From: Lingula anatina
Lineage: Eukaryota > Animalia > Brachiopoda
Direction of reading: 5' to 3'
Assembly: GCA_051362555.1 (NCBI GenBank)
Contig: CM120648.1
Location: 18,720,587-18,784,586 of the forward strand
Length of the DNA: 64,000 nucleotides
Shown here piece by piece: positions 25,301 to 38,537 of the stretch (positions are counted from its first letter, which is position 1; each line of letters starts with the position of its first letter). The position numbers and the translations under genes were made by a program. A model generated the notes under the pieces. It saw nothing but the letters and a program-made list of their open reading frames with translations. It ran no database searches and was not told the DNA's origin.

Positions 25301-28300
25301 TTGATGGTCATTATGCTGTTAAGCATTATGTAATGTTGCATCAAAATAGAAGAAAACACAATATTTGGTGCTGCTGCCATGATGACCATTATGGGAAAAC
25401 CGTGTTACTTATTACTGTCAAACTTTCAAAAAAGAAACACAGGACTAAAATGCAGCCCGAGTTGGAAAAGCAGTCTAATTGGCTTCTTTTTCTGGAAGTT
25501 ATACACTTAGTGAAATATTCATTATCTTTTTGGCATATTCATTGTGGGACTCTGAGCTCCCATGGACATGAAGCCTAATGGTAATCAAATTTTCTACATG
25601 TCCATGCTATTTATAGTCAATAATCAAAAATTGGTGATAATTATTCAATAATTTATTATGCAATGTTACATCAAAATTGACAGTAATCTTTTTGCACTGC
25701 TACTGCAAACATTAAGAAAAGAAAACTGTGTTACTTATTATTATATTTAACTTATAAGTATGATTTTTAGGATTGGCATGCAGTTCAAATTAGAAAGCCA
25801 GGTCCATTGGGTTATCATTATGTACAGACACAGATGTGTCTGTACATATTGCCATCACCTGCGTCTGTCGTCGCCGATGCCGTCGCCGATGCCGATGCCG
25901 ATGCCGGCACCGTGCACTTTCCTTGTAAACACGATAAGTGGAGAGCAGATTTACTTTTTGGCTTAATATTTACACAGTTGATGAATATTCATAAAACGCA
26001 GGTCAAGTTCGAAAATCAGCATGATCGAGCCATATTTGTAGAAGTTATGCTGTTTTTTCACTTTTCAGCATATATGCAACCCTGTAAACACATTTCAAGG
26101 AAAACCATTAGTCCTGTTGTCATGAAACTCACAGGAGTAATCAATCATATTAAAATGCAGGTCAAGTTCGAAAATCGGCATGATCGGGGCACTATTTAAG
26201 TAGTTATGCTGTTTATTCATTTTTCAGCATATATGCAACACTGTAAACACAATATAAGAAAAACAGATAAGCCAATTGTCATTAAACTCACAGGAGTGGT
26301 CAATCTTACTAAATCACAGCTTGAGTTCAAAAATCAGCATAATCAGGGCATTATTTTGGAAGTTATGCTGTCTTTTCACAATTCCTCAGATTCAACTCTT
26401 AGGCATGTTAACAGTCTCCTTATTGAACTAATAAGATACATAAAAGTGTTTGTTTGACATTTCCTGCATCTTTACAACATTGTTAGTTGATTATGTAAAA
26501 ATGATGGTAAACTTGTTACCTTGTATTATGTAGTAAAGTGTCAAAAATGGAAATAAACTCATATCATTGCAGTTTGTCAGATTCAATCATTCACTATGTT
26601 GAGAATCTCAGAATGGAGGAAATTAGACACTTAACACTATTCTATTGATATTTTCCCCATCTCATTAATTTTCTTAGTTGATCATATAAAAATTGCAGTA
26701 AACTGTTTATTTTGTTTTATGTTTAAAAAAATGTTAAAAATGGAAATAAACCCATGTCAGAACAGTGCTGTCTTGTTTCACATTTCCTCAGATTCAATTC
26801 TTAGGCATGTTAACAGTCTCATTATTTTACTAATAAGACATGTTAAAGTGTTTGCTTGACATTTCATGTATCTTTACAACATTATTAGTTGATTATATAA
26901 AAATGAAAAAAAAAAAAAACATTTCAGAACAGTGCTGTCTTGTTTACATTTTGGCATTTTGAAGTTGTGACTTTGAAGTTCCATTGGCCTGAAGACCTTT
27001 GCTAGTCACATTTTCTGAATATCCATGATACTAATATTTTATTATTAAAAATTGATGGTCTTTATGCTGTTAAAGTTAAACATTATGTAATATTGCATCA
27101 AAATTTGAAAAAACCTATTTTGGGCACTACTCCCATGATGACCATTTAAGAAAAACAATGTCACTTACTGTTCTCAAACAGTAGAGTAAATACGTACAGA
27201 TGTGTCTGTACATATTGCCATCACCTGCATCTGCCGTCGTTGCCGTCACTGTCACTGTCGCCGGCGTCGTGCGCTTTCATTGTAAACATGATAAGTGGAA
27301 GGCAGATTTACTTTTTGGCTTAATATTTACAGAGCTGATGAATATTCATAAAACGCAGGTCAAGTTCTAAAATCAGCATGATAGGGCCATTTTTTGCATC
27401 TTTATTTTCTGTTTTTTTGTCTGTACATTTGACAGCTTTGCTGCCTTGTTTTTATTAAATTTATGCATTTTTTGTGGAATTTTCATTTTTCTCATTTTGG
27501 CACTTTCTAATTGAAAACTTGAACTCTGATGAGCCTGGAGCCTTATGCTTTTACTTTCATCAGCGTTACCTGTTGTGCATAATTACAATTTTATGTTGAC
27601 TGTGCAGTTAAACATAATGTATTATTGCATCAGAATTGGGCAGTCTCCTGTTTTTGTGCATTATTGTTTTCTGCTTTTCTTAAGGTGTGACTTATGGGCC
27701 TGAAGACCTTTGATAGACAAATTTGTGTGGTCAGTCTGTTAATTCCCCTTGGGTATTCACAAGGCTAATTTCAGTGCTATAAACTCATTTACCTAATTAA
27801 GTAGCCATTTATTGAAATTTCATAAAGCACACTTGTTGATATTTCCCTGTTAAGCTCTCTGCTAGATAACATAGTGTCCATAATAAGGAAGCAGTGAATA
27901 ACAGCTTCTTTGGGATTATATTTTTGTTGTTTCTATTTAATTTTTTCTCCAACACTGGCATTTTTAATATGTGATTTTAACTCCCATCCACCTGAGGCTC
28001 TGCACATTTTCAGTATTTCCACATAAGCAGCTGTATTGGTATTTATGTCTTTAAACACTCTGTAATATTACTTTATGCACTGTCATCATTTTTCATATAT
28101 AGGGACTTTCATCATGTGAATTTTAACTCTCATGGTCTTGACATTGTAATCTTATTGAAAGGGTGGATTGAGACCATCTTCTGGGTCTCCTGGAAGACAG
28201 TCAGATTTTAAAGTTTATATTAACGGGTTTCTGTTGGAAGACTATCAAAATGGAGGATGGCTCAACAAAGATACTTTGGAATACTGTCAGAAAATATCTC

Positions 28301-30572
28301 TGAATCTGCTCCTGTTATTGACCATGTTACCTGTTGTGCATGATTAAAAATCAGTGTTGGCTGACTGTGCTATTATAAGCATTTATTATTGCATCAAAAT
28401 TGACATAATGACCTATTTTGCATCTTTTTTTTCCTGTTTTTTGTCTGTACATTTGACAGCTTTGCTGCTTTGTTTTTTTTTTTTTGTTTTTTTTTTTTTT
28501 TGTTTGTTTTTTTTTTTTTTTTTGGATATAAGTGTTTTTTCCTCAAATTTAATTCTCAGGCATGTTAACAGTCTCATTTTTTAACTAATTAGATATGTTA
28601 AGTTGTTCTTTTGACATTTTCCGCATCTTAACAATGTTGTTAGTTGATTATATAAAAATGATGGTAAACCTGACATTGTGTATTGTGTAATAAGTGTCAA
28701 AAATGGGGGAAAAAAACTTATATCTTTACAGTTTGTCAGATTCAACCATTCACTTTGTTCAGAATCTCAGAATGGAGCAAGTTGGACATTTATAATTGTT
28801 CTGTTGATATTTTTGCTTTGACAACATATTTTTTGATTGATCATATAAAAATGACAGTAGATTGATTATTTTGTTTTATGTAAAAAAGGTGTTGAAAATG
28901 GAAATAATCTCTTTCAATACAATTTTCTCTTGTTTACATTTCGGGATTTTCAAAGTATGACATTTTCTGAATATCAATGATACTTTTATTTTATTATTAA
29001 AAAAATTATGGTTATTATGCTGTTAAGCATTGTGTAATATTGCATTAACTTGAACAAAACCCTATTCTGGGCACTGCCTCTATAGTTAGTGGTGGTGAAA
29101 GGAAAACCACTTGCTCTTCTCACACTTACAGGAAAGAAACAGGACTGAAATACAGCTTCAGTTGAAAAAATGTTTCATTAGTTAATTGTTTGGAAGTAAT
29201 ACAGGTTTTTTGTGAAAATTTTTATCTTTCACATGTTGCAATTTTCAATGAGGGACTTATAGCTTACTTGGGCATGAAGCCCAGTTGTAATCAAATTTTC
29301 TTTATGTCTATCTTTTTAATAGTAGATATTTTAAAATTGGTGGTATTTTATTAGTTAATCATTATGTAATGTTGCATCAAAATTGACAAAAACCCTACTT
29401 TGTGCTCTGCCACCATTAATATTATGTAAAGTAAAGTGTTGCTTTCTATTTTTTTTAATTATTCTTACAAGAATGATTCTTAGGATTGACATACAGCTCA
29501 TATTAGAAAACCAGCTCTATTGGATTATCATTTTTATTAAATTTATGCATTTTTGAAATTTTCATTTTTCTCATTCTGACACTTTCTTATTGTAAACTTG
29601 AACTCTGATGGGCCTGAAGCCTTATGCTTTTACTTTCATCAGTGTTACCTGTTGTGCCTAATTAAAATTTAATGTTGACTGTGCAGTTAAACATAATGTA
29701 TTATTGCATCAGAATTGGCAGTCTCCTGTTTTTGTGCATTATTGTTTTCTGCTTTTCTTAAGGTGTGACTTATGGGCCTGAAGACCTTTGATAGACAAAT
29801 TTGTGTGGTCAGTCTGTAAATTCCCTTTGGGTATTCACTAGGCTAAGTTCAGTGTTATAAACTCATTTGCCTAATTAAGTGGCCATTAAATGGAACTTCA
29901 TAAGGCACACTTGTTGATATTTCCCTGTAAACTCCCAAAGGTTAAGCTCTCTGCTAGATGACATAGTGTCCATAATAAGGAAGCAGGGAATAGCAGCTTC
30001 ATTGGGATTATATTTCTGTTGTTTTCTTTTTAATTTTTTCTCCAACACTGGCATTTTTAAGATGTGACTTTTAACTCCCATCCACCTGAGGCTCTGCACA
30101 TTTTCAGTATTTCCACATAAGCAGTTGTATTGGTATTTATGTCTTTAAACACACTGTAATATTATTTTATGCACTGTCATCATTTTTCATATATTGGGAC
30201 TTTCATCAGGTGAATTTTAACTCTCATGGTCCTGAAACTGTAATCTTATTGAAGGGTTGGATTGAGACCATCTTCTGGGTCTCCTGGAAGACAGTCAGAC
30301 TTTAAAGTTTATATTAACGGGTTTCTGTTGGAAGACCATCAAAATGGAGGATGGATCAACAAAGATACCTTGGATTACTGTCAGAAAATATCTCTTGATC
30401 TGCTCCTGTTATTGACCATGTTACCTGTTGTGCATGATTAAAAATCAGTGTTGACTGACTGTGCTGTTATAAGCATTATTTATCATTGCATCAAAATTGA
30501 CAAAATGACCTATTTTGCATCTTTTTTTTCTGTTTTTTGTCTGTACATTTGACAGCTTTGCTGCCTTGTTTA
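22400..30572 (+). mobile_element. Cluster of tandem/nested HINE family B copies
   Basis: Family heads (ATGTACAGACACAGATGTGTCTGTACATAT..GCC.TCACCTGCGTCTGTCGTCGCC) at ~22993, 23815, 25819 and 27194. Tails (TGTCTGTACATTTGACAGCTTTGCTGCCTTGTTT) at ~27420, 28442 and 30538. Contains ~160-bp tandem units and is colinear with 55277-59590. Confidence 0.75.
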
Positions 30573-31351
30573 TGATTTATATACCATTGTTTGTACAAAG
30601 ACTATCTCCCTAGATGCATGTATGTTTAAAATATCACCAGTTTTTGACTGACTTCTTTTTCCTTTTTTCGACTGACCTTTAATGATACTACGGGGTTGCC
30701 AGTTAGTTGGGAAAATAAAATTTCCATACTCTTCACTGACCAATTTTTTTTATTCGCTGCCTAATACCACATAATTTTCCTGGCTCCACCTCACCAACAA
30801 CCTTCCAATCCATCCATAATTGTTTTTTTTTTTTTTTTTTTTTTTGTCTTTGTTTGTTTGTTTGTTTGTTTTTTTTTTTTTTTTCTTAATCAAACCAACT
30901 TTTATTATGTAATGCATGTACCATTACCTCCAGCTCTTCTCATACACATGTCCCGAGTCCAAGCTTGTGACCTATTTTAATGGTACATGTTTTAAATTGT
31001 GATGTTGCCATATAGACCTTAGAGTGGAGACTTGGCATATTGAGATTCAAGTCCTGCTCTCAAAACAATTGACTGGCCTTGGTATTATGATTATAGGTCT
31101 GCATATCTGGTTTTTCATGAATTTATGGCAACATTGTGAAATTTTTTTCTCATCTGGTGTTTTCATTGTGTGGATATAAACACTCATGGACCTGAAGCTT
31201 TATGCTAGTTACATATTCCAAATCTCCATGTTATAATTACCTACTGAGCATAATTTAACTTTGGTTTTGCTGTTATTGCTTCAAAAAACCTATTGTTTCC
31301 TCCTTTTTGTTTGCACATTTGACAGCAACCTTTTCATTTCTCTTCTTTAAG

Positions 31352-31538
31352 AAAAGGCAAGGAAGTCTTTCTGGCCCTTGCAGCAATGCAGAGGAGGATA
31401 GTTACAGCAATATCCCTGTGTTTGGAAAAATCCTGCTCAGTATGGCGTATGACTCCAGAAAAGGTTGGCTGATTATACATATTTACCGATGCCAAGACCT
31501 TGCTCCAGCTGATGTGAAGAAGAATAGATCTGATCCGT

Positions 31539-31569
<31 letters not shown>

Positions 31570-34075
31570 CTGTGTTTTTTGCAAGATACGGTATAATTTG
31601 AGATCTTAATACCATGTGAAAGCAAAACATGCCATTTGTAGCTTATCTCCAACAAAAACAAAATTCATGGTGTTATCCAAATGTGTCAAACTTAACTCAT
31701 TCATCTAATTTTTACACTGTTTAATTTATGATCGTAATATTTTGAAATATCTCTGGGTTGCAGCTATGTCAAAACCTACCTCTTGCCAATTAAATCAAGA
31801 GGTGGGAAGAGAAAAACAAAGATAAAGAAGAATACATTGAATCCAACATTTGATGAACCGCTGCATGTAAGTTTCAGCATAAACTCTAAAGAAAATAAAG
31901 AAAATACTGTTTCATGAGTTGGTACCGAGCTAAGCATTCATGGTGAGCAATTCAGTGCATCAATAAATTGTTTTTTAATTAATGTACATGTTGTGATTTA
32001 TCTGCTGACAGTCGCCCACTATCCTGTTTCAGTACACCATCACTAAGAATGAGCTGGAAAGAAGAACCCTGTGGTTGTCAGTCTGGCACAGTGTCAAATT
32101 TGGCCACAATGTGCTCCTGGGTGATGTTGTTTTGCCTCTTAATAAACAGAACTTCAATGACACCTCACCACAGTGGTTCCAGCTATCAGGAGTAAGTTGG
32201 AGAAGTTACAGTAGTATTCAAAGCAATGTTAAATATCAATTTTAAAAGCAGGTTGAAGCATATACAGCTACTTTTTAATGATGTTAATTATAATTTACAG
32301 ACACATTGTGTTAATTTAGTTTGTGAATCCCAAGTTTTCCTGCAATACAGGACCATATGGCTGCTGGGGATCGAGACCAAGACGTTACTTATGTTACTGA
32401 CCCTCACAGCATCAAAACAAAGAGAGGGCAAGTTCTAAACCAGGCTGATGTGGGCAACCAGTGGCAAAGGTCAACATTATTGGAGACATCATTACAACCC
32501 AACTTTGACAACCAGCAGGATGACTTCCAATCCCAGACAACAAGAAAGACTGTTGTATCAGACCAATACCAACAAAACCAACCATCATCACAACCTACCT
32601 TTGGCAACCAATGGTTGCAACAAGGCAATTTCCAATCTCAGACACTGCCTGGTGAGTCAACAGGACCAAATATATCCTATCATCAACAAGGAGAATCCCA
32701 GCATAGCAGACTACCTCAGGAGCCAGTCACTGACCACCACATGGAGGAACAAGGTGGTGACCACTTTCAAACTAGGATGAAATCAGGCCATGACTTCCCA
32801 CCTTTACCCCCAAAACAGGACCCTGTGGCTGCTGAGGATCAAGACCAGGGGGTTACTGACCCTCAGGCCATCAAAACAATGGGAAACCAAGCTCTTAACC
32901 AGGCCCATGGGGATAATCAGTTAGAAAGATTACCTACAGCAGTGCCACATGAGATTGCTGGGGTTCTAAGGCAGATCCCCTTTAATACAGGCAACACAAA
33001 TGTTACCCTCAATTTGCAGCTGGTTAATCAATATTATAACTCAGAAAAGGCATCAGTGACACACATGAAAGAGAACGATGTCACAACATCTTTTCATAAA
33101 CATATCCCTCCACATGTGAAAAAACGACTGAATGAGACACTTTCTCAAAATGATGTATGGGACCAAGTGAAGAAGATGTATGGCATTTCAGATGAAATCC
33201 CACGTCCTCCTGATATTGTGGCTTCTTTGTTGTCACAAGATGAGGGTTCTATTGCATCTTTCATCAGTATGTTGTTAAAGTTGAAAGAATGCCGCAGAGA
33301 AAGACAACAAGACATTCCACAAGACTTGATTGATGAAGTCAAGGTAATTGATACTATGGTCTAAAATATAGTCAAATAAAGTAACCAGTCTTTAAAATTT
33401 TAAAATGACAATGTGTGTTTTGACTCCAAAACCATTTTCCACATTTCAAACATATTCTTCCTTTGTACTATCTTAATTTTAATTCAACAGAGTTTTTTAT
33501 TTCTTCAACTAGAACTAAATGTATGAGACAATGGGCTGGCTGTTTGGGATTATTAAGTAAATTGTTAGTTGTTTACACAGCGTCATGGTTTGAATGTTTG
33601 AATGAACAGAAGTTGTAAATAAATGTGGCTTACTATATTTCTCTTCTAGAAAGGACTTATGAGTGAAATGGAGTACAACAGACTGAGAGAGAAAGTGGTT
33701 GACTTTGCTGAGGAACTTTCGATTCATATAGAAAGAACTTTAGATTACCTGTATCAGTTTAGTGTAATACCAGATGAGGAGACAACAAAGCTTAAAAATG
33801 ATGCAAAGAGAAATCCACAAGAAGCTTGTAGAAATTTGTTTAAAGCACTCTTTGCGACCAGTCCTAAAAAAGAGCCAATTAAACACCTGAAAGCTGCATT
33901 CAGGGATTGTGGTCTTGGGTATCTGGCAGATGAACTAGAAGTCAGCTACCAGGACGTAGAGGATGAAATACAGAAACATGGAAGTGGCCGACCTTCTTGT
34001 GAAGAGCCGTTGGCGATAGGAATGTCAGCTCCCCCCACACCTGCAACAGGTGAAAACCCTATTGGAGAACATTAA
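31352..34075 (+). CDS. Chimeric protein: synaptotagmin-like (Slp4/5) C2A domain + Q-rich linker + death-domain-like + CARD-like domain (5' exon not found)
   Basis: GT-AG exons in frame: ~31352-31536, 31764-31866, 32033-32191, 32351-33343, 33650-34075 (TAA), with AATAAA at ~34183. C2A: [13 protein letters not shown]|[27 protein letters not shown]|[20 protein letters not shown]-like: [40 protein letters not shown]-like: [46 protein letters not shown]. Confidence 0.75.
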
Positions 34076-34249
34076 AACTGTGTGTACAGTATTTGACAGT
34101 ATGTGTCAAGATTGTTTATGCTATTTGAGTCACCGTGGACTAAGAACATATGGTGTATTGCCACATATATTGACATCAGACAAATAAAGTGACTCTTTGT
34201 ATTTACTGATTTTGAACAAGCTTGCTGTTAAACTACAGTGAGGAAGACG

Positions 34250-34600
34250 TTCATATTTGCAGTTCAGCATCAACTGTGACCCTAACTTTTAACAGGAAGA
34301 TGACAGAAATTTTTAAGCAAAACCCAGTGGACCATGAAACCATCAATCCTGTTAGGGGACTTCAATGTTGATTTGTCTTACAGTAGATCTAGAACCCCTA
34401 CAACCTCTGTTTGTGTTCCACTTTTATAATACCATCAACAAGTTATTGTCTCACCAACATTGAGGGATATCAAAGACACACTAGTGTTTATGACCATTTT
34501 TTTATGTACAAGGTGTAAAACCAGTAGAAACAGGTACACTGCACCTTTTACATTGCCACATGTGATCCTGTATATGCTATTATACCCATCTGTTTAAACT
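34250..34600 (+). pseudogene. Decayed AP/EEP endonuclease fragment (Helentron- or LINE-derived)
   Basis: Frame-broken motifs in the expected order: ILLGDFNVDL, QQVIVSPT, YDHFF, DPVYAII. Confidence 0.5.
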
Positions 34601-35871
34601 AGCTTATAAATTACTCCTTTAGTTCATTCCCACAAACAAAAATGGATATTTGTAAAAAGCACTGTATATATGTTAAAAAGCATCCATATGTATTTAATGT
34701 AAATATATTATGATAATGTCAACACCATGTAATTTATGTAAATATATCCCCTTAAAGATGGCAACACTACAAAAACGTGGGAAGGTGTTTTAATATGTAA
34801 AAGAATAGTTTGTAAAGTATAGTTTGATAATTTTACTAGTGTATACATATAAGTCCATTTATTATTTTGATATTATTCAAGGTGGATGTTTTTATATGAA
34901 GTATTGTATTATATTATATTTACAAAAACACTGTATATATGTAGAAAGTTTTAATAAGCACTTTATGTTAATATATATTCCCTGAAAGAAGACAGCACCA
35001 CAGATATTTATCAGGCCTACCCAACTACCAGACTCGGCACATAAGGTTCCTGAATTAACCGGTATATCAGACCACACTACCCGTTTTCAAAGGTGTGTGT
35101 CACCTTTGAAAACTAATTTGCAAATAAACTAATTTCTTATTCAAGTTGTCTTACTTGTATCTTTAAAATATAGGCCTTTATTTCGCCTTTCTTTTATGAT
35201 ACTTTATAAAAGCAAATTTTATTATTTAAAGAAAGGGAGGGTTCCAGATGTCAGCCACTGAAAATTATAACACTTCAATACAACATTATAGTCAAAATTG
35301 CTGCCCAGATCACAGTGCTAAAACGTATTTTGATAAAAAAGAATCCTCAGAGAGACCACTAGCCTCCAAAAACATAACATATGTTCACCGTGATACAGTT
35401 GCTATAAAAGGTAATTCAAATGCGGTCTAAGAGAATATCTTATTCCAATAAACTCTATATCTGGGTACCAATGTGTCATTTGCCCAATATCTAAAGTAGC
35501 CTCAATTCCCAGATATCTTCAGAGAGAGAGTAGAGCGTTTGCCTCTGCTTTATAAACACTGAAACCTCTTATTTTAACTTCTTCAAATTTTAGTTTCCAG
35601 TAAACAACACAGATACGGGGAATTTATATAAAATAATAATAAAAAACAAACTTAATACTCGCATAAATAAAAAATACATATTTGATGATCTGTAGAAAAT
35701 ATAAAGCCTAAAAGTGCATTTATCAACCTGAAATGTATTAAGTTGAAGCTGTTTGTTATTTTGTGTGTAAACATGCACATAAATACCCAGTACATCGACT
35801 GCGTATTCTTTTAGTCTCCCTACCGTGTGTTAATAGATATGTTTGGATTAGAATAATAAGATTGTCTTACT

Positions 35872-36175
35872 CAGGGACGGATTTAGGGAGGGGGGTTCAG
35901 TGGGGTCCTGACCCCCCCCCCCCCCCCCTCCTTCGGGTTCTGAAAAAAAAATCACACTAAATATTACCCTTTTAAAATTAGAATTTTAAGTAGCTGATTT
36001 ATAGTTCTTAACCGTTCCAAAAGGCACCGTTTGGCATTCAAAACACCAAAATATTTTGGGGCCCTTCAGTGGTCCCCCAGCCCCACCACAAGGAGGCTGA
36101 GGGTCGGCTTCGAATCCGAGGCCTGTCATTTGTAAAAGACACTGACACCCCCTTCAAATCCTAGATCTACCCCTG
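35872..36175. mobile_element. MITE of the CAGGG(G)CGGAT family
   Basis: Ends CAGGGACGGATTTAGG...CCTAGATCTACCCCTG. The internal TTGAAATTAGAATTTT block is shared with copies at ~21330, 36425, 36760 and 54765. Confidence 0.6.
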
Positions 36176-36678
36176 TCTAACCACCTGTATAATGCGTTCA
36201 GGAGACAAAAATGGTGTCTTCTTTGTAAAATTGTTTGGCAAATATGCTTAGGCGGGGATGGTTTTTGTTCTTTATCCTTTACCAGCTACGCCACAGATCA
36301 AACTCAAATGAAATCAATAGGTAATCCGGCATAGCGGCATGAATGTCATACTTCTCAGCAAGTTTTTTTTTTTCAAAAGTCACGTCGCCCTTATCACTAT
36401 CAGTGATCTCTCGGTAATCTCTCTTGAAATTAGAATTTTGGTCAGCTGATTCATAGTTCTCAACCATACCAAACGGCACCGTTTGCCCCCCAAAACACTC
36501 CACGGAGGCCGAGAGTCGGCTTCTTATCGGAGGCTTGTCATTCCTAAAAAAAACGATCACGTAAGATTGCCACCTGACATTTGGGTGCCTTGTGGCCTGT
36601 GAAAGGGAATACCCCCCCCCCCCCCCCTCCGCCCCAGGACGAATAACCTGTAAAAACTCGGCAAAGTGGTACGGTAAA

Positions 36679-36950
36679 CAGTAGCGGATTTAGGGGGTGT
36701 CAAGTGGTTCCTGACCCCCTTCGATTTCTGGAAAACATCAAACCAATGGTCCTCTCTTGAAATTAGAATTTTGACAAGCTGAATCACAGTTATCAACCGT
36801 ACCAAATGGCACCGTTCGCCCTCTAAAATACCAAAATTTTTCCGGTCCCTTCAGCGGGCCCCGGACCACAGTCCAAAGGAGGGGGGGGGGGGCGTCGGCG
36901 TTGCATCCGCGGACCCCCCCCCCCTCTCAAAAATCCTGGGTCTGCCCCTG
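36679..36950. mobile_element. MITE, same family
   Basis: Ends CAGTAGCGGATTTAGG...CCTGGGTCTGCCCCTG and the same internal blocks. Confidence 0.55.
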
Positions 36951-37459
36951 TCCGACACCCATATTCTTTCTTAATTATATCATGCTAGTTTCCAGAATTT
37001 GACTCTCGATTTATACCGCTCACTTAGCAGGTGACAAGATGATACAACGATTAGCACAGCATTTATAAACATTATTGTAAAACAGTTTTCACAAAATTTG
37101 ATAAGGGTGGTTCAAAGGAAGGAAAGAAATGATTACAAATTAAACAGGCTCTCGATCTTGTGTTCTCTTATGCTTCATTACCATTTACATTTTGGTGAAG
37201 GTTTGCATTCAATTGTGGGGAGATCTGGAGTTTCATTGGTTTAATTGAGAAATACAGGATGAGGGTAAACTGTGCGTAGTCTTCAGTAATAAAACTGGGA
37301 TATTAAAAAAAAGAATAAAAAACGACATACACGTTACCAGAGGAAAGTAGCCTGCAAGTTTGGTTCTTCTCCACCCCTTCTCTCTCCGTTTCTCTCCCTT
37401 TATCTTACTCTCTCCCTTTCCCCCTCAATATCTCCCTCTCTTTTTCTCTCTGTGAGTAC

Positions 37460-37463
<4 letters not shown>

Positions 37464-37510
<47 letters not shown>
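37464..37510. repeat. (CT)n microsatellite
   Basis: Visible perfect CT run. Confidence 0.95.
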
Positions 37511-37513
<3 letters not shown>

Positions 37514-38537
37514 CACTGTTAAAGGGTGTATTTCACATGTACAGTATATGTACACAAAATATTGTTTTAAAACGCCTTAGGTTGTACATGTACTGTGCAT
37601 AGTAATTGTACAATAATTTTACAGTGACTGATTTCTTTACTACATGTACAGTAGCTTTTGTAATCAACGTGTTCAAATAAACAAAAAATAGTTTAGTTTT
37701 AGTACAATTTTGTTCAATTTTCTTTTTTTTTAACCGAAAAACGTCATAAGTTGACACCATCCCGGACCCAGAACCAGAGATTTTCTACAGTAAGTCGTAA
37801 CTTTATCAGTTGAATTGTTTCCAAATATGTAGGAAACACACACACACAGAGAAATAATAAAAATTAAACGTTCACTCGAGAAAAATGTTGGACCTTAAGT
37901 ATGATCTCAAAATCATGGCGATAGTCGATCTTTACATCTACATGTATTTAACATACTTGTACAGTGTATCCACTCATTTTCTACCGTGTGATACTATCGA
38001 AAAAACTTGCCAAATTAAATCATTATAAAACCATAATAATGGCCGTAGCGGGATCTCGCGGCTTCGCAGCCTAATGCTAAAGACACAGTTCACTCCAGGG
38101 AAATGACAACGCTGGAGAAGGCGGAGCCAATTTGAAGGCGTGTCATTGGAAGAGTTATGTACTGGGAGGGTGATTTAGTAAAAGGGCAAGTCACTGGAAA
38201 AGGGTCAGTCGCTTAAATAAGCAATTCACAGGAGGGATGAGGTGATTGCACATTTAGTTTTCATCATTTGTCTGTTTTATTATTGTGACATTCATTTTAG
38301 CTGAGCCTATAGTGTCTGAGTTGTAGAACATGTCATTTGCTTGATATGTTAATATCTGTGTCACTGTGATTGGATTATATGAGGAATCACAAGCTTTGAA
38401 TAATTTCAAAGCAGTTCTTAACAAATAAGAACTGTGCTTACAGTGCAGTTTATATAAAAGGGAGTATGTTTTCTATAGGTAAATGATGCATCAGGTTAAA
38501 ATTATTGTCAGATGGTACCTTTTCTTTCCTTTTACAG

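Noticed and set aside
22903-26457. Recurrent ORFs with [16 protein letters not shown]
   Set aside because: Translations of the 160-bp HINE tandem unit.
20234-31357. Direct in-frame fusion of ROCO to the C2 exons by skipping HEPN
   Set aside because: ROCO donors after COR are phase 1, while the candidate C2 acceptors are phase 0 or 2.
31352-32191. Calling the C2 gene SYTL4/SYTL5
   Set aside because: Only C2A is present; there is no C2B downstream and no Slp-homology domain in the window.
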